Source: Oscillospiraceae bacterium
GTDB lineage: Bacteria > Bacillota > Clostridia > Oscillospirales > UBA929
NCBI GenBank assembly: GCA_009777255.1
Contig: WRMG01000001.1
Location: 5,751-69,750, forward strand
Length of the DNA: 64,000 bases
Reading direction: 5' to 3'
How positions within the stretch are numbered: position 1 is the stretch's first letter; each line of letters starts with the position of its first letter. Shown one piece after another: positions 49,324-57,065 of this stretch. Made by a program: the position numbers and the translations under genes. The notes under the pieces were generated by a model. The model had not been told where the DNA came from. It saw only the letters and a list, made by a program, of their open reading frames with translations, and did no database searches.

Positions 49324-50406
49324 CTACACTCCCTGAGTAGCAAGATACTGCTTTACCATAAGCGCGACCTTGAATATAATCGCGTGGTCAAACTCGCGCA
49401 GGTCCAGCCCCGTGAGCTTTTTTATCTTCTCTATGCGGTAGACAAGCGTGTTGCGGTGTACGAACAGCTTGCGCGAGGTCTCGGACACGTTCAGGTTATT
49501 CTCAAAGAACTTGAGTATCGTAAACAGCGTCTCCTGATCCAGCGACTCTATCGTGTTCTTCTTAAACACCTCGGAGAGGAACATCTCGCACATGGTCGTG
49601 GGCAGCTGATAAATAAGCCGCCCGATCCCCAGCGTCTCATAATGGATGATATGCTCCTCGGGGTCGAACACCTGCCCGACGTCGATGGCGGTCTGCGCCT
49701 CCTTAAACGACGCGGCGAGATCCCGTATATTGTTCACAACCGTCCCGATCCCGATAACCGTCTTTATATACAGATCGTTGCCTATCGTCTCGCTTATCGC
49801 GGCGGCCAGCTTCATCAGGTCGTCCGGCGCGGTATCGCCCTGCACCTCTTTAACCAGCGCGACGTCGCTCTCGTTTATGCTGATGACAAAGTCGTTTTTC
49901 CCCGCCGGGAACAGGCTCTGCAGCACGTCGATAACCGACGTGTCGGCGGAGCCGAGCTGATGTATCAGCAGCACCGCGCGCTGAATGTCCCCTTCAAAAT
50001 GCAGCTCGCGGGCGTGCGCGTAAATATCCCCCGGCAGTATATTGTCGGTCAGTATCTTCTTGATCAGCACCATCTTGTCATGCTTCTCGTCATAGAAGGA
50101 CTTCGCGCCGCTCAGCGCGACCGCCGCCATATGGCACGCCGCCGCCGCGATCTCGTCGTCCCCTTCCACGAATACGATAAAATCCGACTGCCCGCCCGGC
50201 AGCGGCTTAAACGTGAAACCGTTGATCACGGTCATATGGGATACCCCCAACGGAATATCCTCTCTCACGCGCCCGATGTCGCCGAGGCTTGTACACGCAA
50301 GCACAACCCCCGTTTCGTCCGTTACGCCGACAACACGCTGAATCGCGTCTTTTATCTGAAGCATAACGCTCTGAAAAATTTTACTCGGCAAAAGACTCAC
50401 CCCCAA
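49324..50406 (-). CDS. PucR/CdaR family transcriptional regulator
   Basis: C-terminal HTH ETSRKLFVHRNTLVYRIEKIKKLTG. Confidence 0.8.
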   Translation of the reverse strand: MGVSLLPSKIFQSVMLQIKDAIQRVVGVTDETGVVLACTSLGDIGRVREDIPLGVSHMTVINGFTFKPLPGGQSDFIVFVEGDDEIAAAACHMAAVALSGAKSFYDEKHDKMVLIKKILTDNILPGDIYAHARELHFEGDIQRAVLLIHQLGSADTSVIDVLQSLFPAGKNDFVISINESDVALVKEVQGDTAPDDLMKLAAAISETIGNDLYIKTVIGIGTVVNNIRDLAASFKEAQTAIDVGQVFDPEEHIIHYETLGIGRLIYQLPTTMCEMFLSEVFKKNTIESLDQETLFTILKFFENNLNVSETSRKLFVHRNTLVYRIEKIKKLTGLDLREFDHAIIFKVALMVKQYLATQGV

Positions 50407-50459
50407 AACTAACCTTCCTGTCCATATTAATACAAATCTCCAAAAAAATCAAGTTAAAT

Positions 50460-50909
50460 TTATGTTAACTGATTATTATTTTCAATCTCCGTTATCATAG
50501 CGACGCGTTCCGCGTGCCTCCCGCCCTCAAATCCCGCGTCAAGCCACGCCTTTACAATCATCCTCGCCAGCTCCGGCCCGATGATGCGCCCGCCCAGCGC
50601 CAGCATATTCGCGTCGTTATGCCGGCGCGACAGCTGCGCCGAACAGGGGTCGCCGCAGACCGCGCAGCGGATGCCCCTCACCTTGTTCGCGGCGATGGAA
50701 ATGCCCACGCCCGTCCCGCAGAACAGGATCCCCTTTTCACATTCGCCTCCGGCGACCGCCCTCGCCGCCGCCAGCGCGTATTCGGGGTAATCACAGCGCT
50801 CCTCCGAAAACACGCCGTAATCCCTATACCCCACGCCCAGCTCATCAAGAAACGCCTTTATCTCACCCTTCAGCCCAAACCCCGCGTGATCCCCCCCCAA
50901 AGCAATCAT
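50460..50909 (-). CDS. rpiB: Ribose-5-phosphate isomerase B
   Basis: MIALGGDHAGF...CGTGVGISIAANK. I chose the ATG at 50909 over the TTG at 50924. Confidence 0.92.
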   Translation of the reverse strand: MIALGGDHAGFGLKGEIKAFLDELGVGYRDYGVFSEERCDYPEYALAAARAVAGGECEKGILFCGTGVGISIAANKVRGIRCAVCGDPCSAQLSRRHNDANMLALGGRIIGPELARMIVKAWLDAGFEGGRHAERVAMITEIENNNQLT

Positions 50910-50924
50910 AATCCCCGCCCCCAA

Positions 50925-50974
50925 TTGTTAATTGTTAACTGTTAACTGTTAACTGTTAATTGTTAATTGTCACC
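50925..50974. repeat. Heptanucleotide tandem array (Y-TGTTAA) x6 plus one degenerate unit
   Basis: TGTTAA hexamers start at 50926, 50933, 50940, 50947, 50954 and 50961. A degenerate TGTCAC is at 50968. The array abuts the rpiB start region. Confidence 0.95.
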
Positions 50975-51035
50975 CAATGTCACACTTCCCCATGCTATAC
51001 TTCACTCGCATGCACAAGCGATCGCTTGAAAACCG

Positions 51036-51061
51036 AAACAAGGTGTAAACAAGGTGTAAAC
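51036..51061. repeat. Tandem 11-mer (aaacaaggtgt x2 + aaac) giving TGTAAA-N5-TGTAAA
   Basis: TGTAAA occurs at 51044-51049 and 51055-51060 with spacer caagg. A 14-bp perfect palindrome caagcgatcgcttg lies adjacent at 51015-51028. Confidence 0.9.
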
Positions 51062-51092
51062 TGGGGCGACCAGCGACAAATCTCTTTTCACC

Positions 51093-52460
51093 CTATTTGT
51101 TCTTTGACAATTGATCATCAATCGCAATCGCCGCGGCCCGTCCCGCGCCCATCGCCAGTATAACCGTCGCCGCGCCGGTCACGGCGTCGCCTCCCGCGTA
51201 AACCATCGGGCGGTTAGTCCTGCCGTCTTCGGCGGCGGCGACACAGCCCCTGCGGTCAAAATCCAGATCGGGCGTCGAGTTTCTTATCAGCGCGTTCGGC
51301 GCCGAGCCGATCGCCATTATAACACAGTCCGCGTCCAGCGTAAACCCCGCGCCCTCTTTAACGACAGGGCGGCGCCGCCCGGAGGCGTCAGGCTCCCCCA
51401 GCTCCATCGCGTCGCAAACCACAGCCCTGACATTAAATTTTTCATCGCCCAGTATCTCCCTCGGGTTCGTCAGCACACGGAAATTGATGCCCTCCTCCCG
51501 GGCGTGATGTATCTCCTCACGGCGCGCGGGCATCTCCTCCATCCCGCGCCGATATACTATATCCACCGTCTCCGCGCCCAGCCGCAAAGCGCAGCGCGCC
51601 GCGTCCATCGCCACATTGCCGCCGCCGACCACAACAACCTTTTTCAAATCCTTTACCGGCGTGTCCGACCGCGCGTCATAGGCCTTCATGAGATTCACCC
51701 GCGTCAGAAACTCGTTGGCGGAGAATACCCCGTTCAGGTTCTCCCCGGGAATCCCCATAAACGACGGCAGCCCCGCGCCCGACCCGATAAACACCGCGTC
51801 ATACCCGTCGTCAAACAGATCGTCTATAGTCAGCGCCTGTCCGACGACTGCGTTTGTGATAATACTCACACCCAGCGCTTTCAGCTCCCCGACCTCGCGC
51901 CGCACTATCTCCTTTGGAAGCCTGAACTCGGGTATCCCATAAATCAGCACCCCGCCCGGCTCATGAAACGCCTCAAAGACCGTGACGTCATACCCCAGCC
52001 CCGCCAGCGTCCCCGCGCAGCTCAGCCCCGCCGGCCCCGACCCCACAACCGCAATCCTCTTCCCATTATCTGTTATCTGTCCTCTGTTATCTGTTATCTG
52101 CCCACCGTCTGCCGCATACCGCTCCAGCCTCCCAATGGCGACCGGCTCCCCCTTCACGGCCCGCACACACAGCCGCTCGCACTGATTCTCCTGCGGGCAG
52201 ACCCGCCCGCAGACCGCCGGAAGCGCGTTTGTCTCCTTTATAATAGCGGCGGCTTTGGCTATATCCCCGTTTTTAATCTCCGTAATAAACTCCGGTATCG
52301 CCACGCCGACCGGACACCCCGCCACACACGGTCGCTTTTTGCAGTTAAGGCAGCGCGACGCCTCGGCGGCGGCCTGCTCCGGCGTATAGCCCAGAGCGAC
52401 CTCGCCGAAATTATTGCGGCGCAGCTCGGGCGCCTGCTCCGGCATAGGAGTCTTCATCAT
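51093..52460 (-). CDS. nfnB: NfnB-type NADPH-dependent oxidoreductase (GltD-like; 2x[4Fe-4S] + FAD/NADPH)
   Basis: CLNCKKRPCVAGCPV and CGRVCPQENQCERLC clusters and VVGSGPAGL. It pairs with a PyrK-like subunit through a 4-nt overlap. Confidence 0.85.
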   Translation of the reverse strand: MMKTPMPEQAPELRRNNFGEVALGYTPEQAAAEASRCLNCKKRPCVAGCPVGVAIPEFITEIKNGDIAKAAAIIKETNALPAVCGRVCPQENQCERLCVRAVKGEPVAIGRLERYAADGGQITDNRGQITDNGKRIAVVGSGPAGLSCAGTLAGLGYDVTVFEAFHEPGGVLIYGIPEFRLPKEIVRREVGELKALGVSIITNAVVGQALTIDDLFDDGYDAVFIGSGAGLPSFMGIPGENLNGVFSANEFLTRVNLMKAYDARSDTPVKDLKKVVVVGGGNVAMDAARCALRLGAETVDIVYRRGMEEMPARREEIHHAREEGINFRVLTNPREILGDEKFNVRAVVCDAMELGEPDASGRRRPVVKEGAGFTLDADCVIMAIGSAPNALIRNSTPDLDFDRRGCVAAAEDGRTNRPMVYAGGDAVTGAATVILAMGAGRAAAIAIDDQLSKNK

Positions 52461-53335
52461 GCCGTCACCCCCTTAAACAGCCCGCAGCCATGCCGCGCGG
52501 TTTCCTCTTTTTCTCTGTAGGCGGCGCTCCGCCGTATGGCCTCGTCAAAATCAACCTCGTGGCCGTCGAAATCCGGCCCGTCCACACAGGCGAATTTCAC
52601 CGCTCCGCCGACCGTAACGCGGCATCCGCCGCACATGCCGGTGCCGTCTATCATAATCGGGTTCATGCTCACATATGTCCTGATATTAAACGGCTCTGTC
52701 ACAAGGCACACAAACTTCATCATAACCAGCGGCCCTATCGCCACGACCGCGTCGTAAGCGTTCCCCTCTTCTATCTGCCGTTTCAGCGCGTCGGTGACCA
52801 GCCCCTTATGCCCGTTAGAGCCGTCGTCGGTACAGATATGCAGCCGCGACGACACGGCGCGCATCTCGTCCTCAAGTATGATCAGCTCTTTATTTCGGAA
52901 TCCGCCGATGATATGCACCTCGGCGCCCTGCCTGTAAAGCTCCGCGGCCTGCGGATACGCGATGGCGCAGCCCAGCCCCCCGCCGACGACGCAGACCCTT
53001 TTAAGCCCCTCGAGATGCGACGGCTTGCCCAGCGGGCCGGTCAGATCCGTGACAGAATCGCCCTCGTTCAGCGCGGCAAGCAGCGCCGTCGATTTCCCGA
53101 CCGGCTGGAATATAACGGTTATCGTGCCGCTTTCGCGGTCATAGCCCGCTATGGTGAGCGGGAAGCGCTCCCCCCACTCACCCACTCGCAGCATGACAAA
53201 CTGCCCCGCTTGCGCGCGCCTCGCCGCCAGCGGCGCGCATATGGTCATACGTATGACCTGCGGGTTCAGATACTCCTTTGAAATGATAGTATAAATCTGG
53301 CTCAGCTCCCTCGTATTTTTCCGAACTATTGACAA
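52457..53335 (-). CDS. nfnA: NfnA-type ferredoxin-NADP+ reductase subunit (PyrK-like, [2Fe-2S])
   Basis: An FAD/NAD-binding fold and a C-terminal CGGCRV...CVDGP cluster. The start codon is uncertain: TTG 53335 has no RBS, and GAGGGAG lies downstream of it. Confidence 0.82.
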   Translation of the reverse strand: MSIVRKNTRELSQIYTIISKEYLNPQVIRMTICAPLAARRAQAGQFVMLRVGEWGERFPLTIAGYDRESGTITVIFQPVGKSTALLAALNEGDSVTDLTGPLGKPSHLEGLKRVCVVGGGLGCAIAYPQAAELYRQGAEVHIIGGFRNKELIILEDEMRAVSSRLHICTDDGSNGHKGLVTDALKRQIEEGNAYDAVVAIGPLVMMKFVCLVTEPFNIRTYVSMNPIMIDGTGMCGGCRVTVGGAVKFACVDGPDFDGHEVDFDEAIRRSAAYREKEETARHGCGLFKGVTA

Positions 53336-53365
53336 TATATCAGAAAATCAGGGACAAGTCAAGAT

Positions 53366-54310
53366 TCAATTGCCCGCCGCGCTCTCGTCGATCCGGCGCA
53401 CAACGCTGTGGGTATAGGCCGTGAAATATTTAAGCCAAAAGGCGGCCCCAGACGGATTAAAGCTCTCAAAGTCTGTGCCCAGACGGGTATACCCCTCACC
53501 CTTAAGCGCGGAAACGGCGAAATTCATCAGGTTTTGATAAACGCCCCTCCCCCGATGCTCCGGCATACAGAAAGCGCCGTTTATGTGTTTATATTTTTCG
53601 GTAACACCGGTAATAAAGGTTTCGCCGCAGTCCGATATTTGCATATACGCGCATAATTCGCCTTTATATCCCGCCCCGAAGAATCTCAGATTTCCCTCAG
53701 CGCACAAGCCCGCAAAGCTCTCGGGGGTATCCGGCGTCCGGTTCATAAAATACGGGCTTAAACACTGATACTCATTCAGCATTAAATGAAGCGGATACAC
53801 GGGCATACAGTCAGTCAGCTCGGCAAATTCATATCCCCCGCAGGGAGCGCAGTCTACCGGCTCCATCATCCGTATCGCGTCGATACAGCGCATCCCGAAC
53901 CCGTATCTGAAAAACCGCGCCTGCGTTTCCGTATCGTGGGCGTACAGGCATATGCCGTGGCTGGCCGCGCCGGCCTTCGCCCATTTCGCTCCCGCCGCCT
54001 GATACAGCGCGGCATAAATTTCCGCCCGGTTTTCGGGCAGCGCGCCGTTGGCGTGCATCGGCGAAAACACATTGCGCAGCCCCGCTATGTCCCACGCGTT
54101 GTCCCAGACGCCGTAAGCGCCCAAAAAGCCGATAACCCTTCCGTTTTCAACCGCCGCGGCGCCAAGCCCGTTCTCCGCGAGCGGCGTCAAATCCGGCCAC
54201 TTATCAACCGGAGGCAGCGCGGGGACATGCCCGCGCTCCTCCCCGTAATTTTGTTTCGCTATCAGCGCCGCCTGTTCAGCATGGGCGGCTGTAAAGTCAA
54301 CTACTTGCAT
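53366..54310 (-). CDS. Two-domain GNAT family N-acetyltransferase
   Basis: 314 aa. The C-terminal half has the acetyl-CoA motif HRGRGVYQNLMNFAV, and the N-terminal half is a second GNAT-like fold. Confidence 0.75.
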   Translation of the reverse strand: MQVVDFTAAHAEQAALIAKQNYGEERGHVPALPPVDKWPDLTPLAENGLGAAAVENGRVIGFLGAYGVWDNAWDIAGLRNVFSPMHANGALPENRAEIYAALYQAAGAKWAKAGAASHGICLYAHDTETQARFFRYGFGMRCIDAIRMMEPVDCAPCGGYEFAELTDCMPVYPLHLMLNEYQCLSPYFMNRTPDTPESFAGLCAEGNLRFFGAGYKGELCAYMQISDCGETFITGVTEKYKHINGAFCMPEHRGRGVYQNLMNFAVSALKGEGYTRLGTDFESFNPSGAAFWLKYFTAYTHSVVRRIDESAAGN

Positions 54311-54703
54311 TTATATATCATCCTTTCTTGTTTCCTCCAGTCGCTCCAGCGGGAAAGGCGGCAGCGCCAGCGGCTTGACGGCGATGGACATTAGCAGCGC
54401 GGGGTTGTCGTCCGCGGCTATCCGGTTCGCGCTCAGCGCGCCGCAGACCTTGCAGCGGTGTATGAGCGCCCATTCGCCGTTTCTGCGGACCCAGACGCCT
54501 ATCGGCTCCATGACCCCCTTGCAGAACGAGGCCCGGTCGCCGGGCTCGTCGTCTAAATGGATGCTGGACAGGCACTTGCTGCAATGGTTCCTGTGCGCCG
54601 TGCCGGCGTTATCGGGATGGTTAAGCGTCCCGCAGACCTTGCAGCTGAAGCTGTCAAGGCAGGCGGCGCTTTTATAATCCGTATATTTTCTGTATTTGCT
54701 CAT
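54311..54703 (-). CDS. RNHCP domain zinc-ribbon protein
   Basis: The literal motif AHRNHCSKC plus three further CxxC/C pairs. 130 aa. ATGA overlap with the upstream GTPase gene. Confidence 0.75.
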   Translation of the reverse strand: MSKYRKYTDYKSAACLDSFSCKVCGTLNHPDNAGTAHRNHCSKCLSSIHLDDEPGDRASFCKGVMEPIGVWVRRNGEWALIHRCKVCGALSANRIAADDNPALLMSIAVKPLALPPFPLERLEETRKDDI

Positions 54704-55770
54704 TCAAAATGTTTCTCTCCTTTTTTCATCTGTTTGCTCCGTATGGCGATAGATTTATTCCTCTCGCGTTTTAGCGTCATGTAATTCGCTCTGTCGTCCG
54801 CGTATCTGTTCTCCCGCTTCTGCGCGAGATAGCGCTCCCAGCGCCTGCGGGAGAGGGCGCCGTCCGTCAGCGCGGCAAGCACGGCGCAGCCCGGTTCGGA
54901 CTGATGGCCGCAGTCGCTGAAGCGGCAGCCGGAAAACAGCTCCTCCACATCGGCAAAGCCCGCGCTTATCCCCTCGTCCGCGTCGAACAGCCCCAGCTCG
55001 CGCATACCGGGCGTGTCAATGACCATCGCACCGCAGGGCAGCATGAACAGCTGGCGGTGGGTGGTGGTATGGCGGCCGCGGCCGTCGTCCTCGCGGATCG
55101 CTTTCACGGCCATGACCTCCCGCTCCATCAGCGCGTTGAGGAGCGACGACTTGCCGACGCCGGACATCCCGAGGAACACAGCGGTTTTGCCGGGTTGCAG
55201 GTATTCGTCAAGCGCGTCCAGCCCGAAGCCCGTATGCGCGGAAACCGCGTGGACGGGCACGTCCGGCGCGGCGCTTCGCACGGCGTTAAGCGCCGTCTCC
55301 GTATCCGCGGCCAGGTCCGCTTTTGTCAGGATCACCACGGGCAGCCCGCCGCTCTGCCATGCCTGCGTGAGATAGCGGATGATGCGGTTGACGTTGAAGT
55401 CCTGATTAAGCGACGACAGTATAAACACATAGTCGAAATTGGCGGCGACGAGCTGCTCGCGGTTGGCCTTGATATGCGCGAAGCCGTGGCCGGAAAAGTC
55501 AACGCGGGAAAATTTCGAGCGGCGCGGCAGCAGCCGGGTTATAAGCGACACGCCGCTTCCGCTGTATTGCAGCAGCACAAAGTCGCCGACGCAGGGCAGG
55601 TCGGCGCGGATCACCGCGTCGTATACAAACGCGCCCTTCAGCGCCGCCGTCACCTCGCCGTGTTCCGTGACGACGGTGTACTGCGGGCCGCGATGCTCCG
55701 TGACACGCCCGGGCAGCAAGCCCTCAATCAGCTCGGTTTCGGTGCAGCCATATAGTTTTAAGTCTGGCAT
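54700..55770 (-). CDS. rsgA: RsgA/YjeQ-type circularly permuted ribosome small-subunit GTPase (paralog-like, C-terminal basic extension)
   Basis: An OB N-terminus, LTKADL (G4), GMSGVGKSSLLNAL (G1), DTPGMRE (G3), and a zinc knuckle CRFSDCGHQSEPGCAV. Confidence 0.85.
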   Translation of the reverse strand: MPDLKLYGCTETELIEGLLPGRVTEHRGPQYTVVTEHGEVTAALKGAFVYDAVIRADLPCVGDFVLLQYSGSGVSLITRLLPRRSKFSRVDFSGHGFAHIKANREQLVAANFDYVFILSSLNQDFNVNRIIRYLTQAWQSGGLPVVILTKADLAADTETALNAVRSAAPDVPVHAVSAHTGFGLDALDEYLQPGKTAVFLGMSGVGKSSLLNALMEREVMAVKAIREDDGRGRHTTTHRQLFMLPCGAMVIDTPGMRELGLFDADEGISAGFADVEELFSGCRFSDCGHQSEPGCAVLAALTDGALSRRRWERYLAQKRENRYADDRANYMTLKRERNKSIAIRSKQMKKGEKHFE

Positions 55771-56762
55771 AAATCCTCCGTATTGTTATTTTTTATCTCA
55801 TAGATTTTTTGCAGGGTGTCCAGCTGAAGTTTTTTGCTCTCCGGCGTTCCGGCGAACTTGTACCATTCGACGAGCCTGTACCCGTAGTGCAGTATCATCC
55901 GCTCAAGGATGTACAGGTCTTTAATACGGGACACGTCCGCGTGTTCCGAAAAGCCTCTGTAATACGCGCGGACACATTTCGGGTAATATTCCGCCATATG
56001 CTCCACATCCGCCTCGTCCGCGAGCAGGCTGACAATATCCTCGCCCATATGGCCCCAGCCGGTTGTGTCCCAGTCGATAAGGCGGATGCCGCCGTCTGTG
56101 TAAAAGATATTCGTCACCCAGAAATCCCTGTGGCACAGCACTATGGGCAGCTCCTCAACGCGGCGCCATGTTTCGTCGGCGTTTTCGTCGGCCCCGATCA
56201 GCATTTCGCGCAGATGCGGGGGTATTTCACAGTCACAGGAGCGTATATAACCGTACACCTCGTCCCACGACCTGTAATACAGGTAGAAATTTTTCATGCC
56301 GTCGGCCTTGCTCAGGTTTTCTATCTCCCCCGGCGCGCCGCCGGCATACAGCCTGCCCTGAAACCGCCCCAGCTCCAGCGCCGCCCGTTCGTACATCTCA
56401 CCTGTCAGGCTGAGGCCCGACACGCCGTTGATATATTCCATCCACAGCCGTATTTCGCCCTCGCCGTACTCCGCGTGATAGCACTCTGGCCAGCGGAGCG
56501 CATCGGTGAACAGAGCGCCCAAGCCGGACATATAAAGGTCGTATTCCCTGCGCCACGATTCGGGGTCGCCGTAACGCTCCCACTTTTTCTGGGTTTTGCT
56601 TACCAGCTTGAACGGCAGCCGTTCGCCGTCATCGCTCACAGCCTCGCCCTCCAACAGACGGACGTCGCCCAGCGTGCCTCCGTGCAGCCGTTCGGTTTTA
56701 TATTCGGCGTTTATTATCGGTTTTTTCAGCATTACGCCGAGCGCTTTTAACAGTGCTTCCAT
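55758..56762 (-). CDS. Aminoglycoside-phosphotransferase/choline-kinase fold kinase-like protein
   Basis: HRDFWVTNIFY (HxDxxxxN) and IDWD motifs. I chose the ATG at 56762, 5 nt after GGAGAGGA. The in-frame upstream extension has no RBS. Confidence 0.7.
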   Translation of the reverse strand: MEALLKALGVMLKKPIINAEYKTERLHGGTLGDVRLLEGEAVSDDGERLPFKLVSKTQKKWERYGDPESWRREYDLYMSGLGALFTDALRWPECYHAEYGEGEIRLWMEYINGVSGLSLTGEMYERAALELGRFQGRLYAGGAPGEIENLSKADGMKNFYLYYRSWDEVYGYIRSCDCEIPPHLREMLIGADENADETWRRVEELPIVLCHRDFWVTNIFYTDGGIRLIDWDTTGWGHMGEDIVSLLADEADVEHMAEYYPKCVRAYYRGFSEHADVSRIKDLYILERMILHYGYRLVEWYKFAGTPESKKLQLDTLQKIYEIKNNNTEDLCQT

Positions 56763-56996
56763 AATTATCCTCTCCGTTTCGTTATATTTTCGGGCGCAAA
56801 AATACCGCGGTACAAACAGCCTTTTCTCAGACTGCCGCACGCGGTCGCGGTATTCACGAAAGGTTGCTTTACGCGGCGCACAAAGCATAAAGGGATCGGC
56901 TCCCTTTTTCACACCGTACGCGCCCTATATTCGGTTTAAGTCAGAACCACCACTGATAATACCGACACAAAAACAACTCCTTTCGTAATGTAATAT
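56763..56996 (-). promoter_or_regulatory. Long 5' leader with 10-codon mini-ORF and hairpins (candidate attenuator)
   Basis: Mini-ORF GTG 56968 to TAA 56936 (M-S-V-L-S-V-V-V-L-T), 8 nt after AAAGGAG. Hairpin aaaggga/tcccttt at 56889-56907. A 9-bp stem aauaccgcg/cgcgguauu at 56801-56854 is followed by a U-run. Confidence 0.4.
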
Positions 56997-57002
56997 GGGG
57001 GT

Positions 57003-57031
57003 ATTATAGCAGGATAAAAACGAAATGTCAA
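57003..57031 (-). promoter_or_regulatory. Consensus sigma-A promoter with extended -10 for the kinase-rsgA-RNHCP-GNAT operon
   Basis: On the minus strand: TTGACA (57031-57026), a 17-nt spacer, then TGcTATAAT (-10 at 57008-57003). Confidence 0.7.
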
Positions 57032-57065
57032 GGGGTAAAATTGCACGGCGATTTAGTTTTGTGTG

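Noticed and set aside
53334-53362. Minus-strand TTGACT-17-TGaTATATT promoter-like sequence in the GNAT-nfnA gap.
   Set aside because: Its -10 overlaps the only in-frame start (TTG 53335) given for nfnA, so the promoter call and the start call cannot both be right. I could not resolve which is wrong, so it is not reported as a feature.
56763-56912. In-frame 50-codon N-terminal extension of the kinase-like gene (GTG 56912).
   Set aside because: There is no Shine-Dalgarno sequence before GTG 56912, whereas ATG 56762 follows GGAGAGGA at ideal distance. The extension is basic, low-complexity, and coincides with the predicted leader hairpins. The open frame is noted, so the call is not certain.
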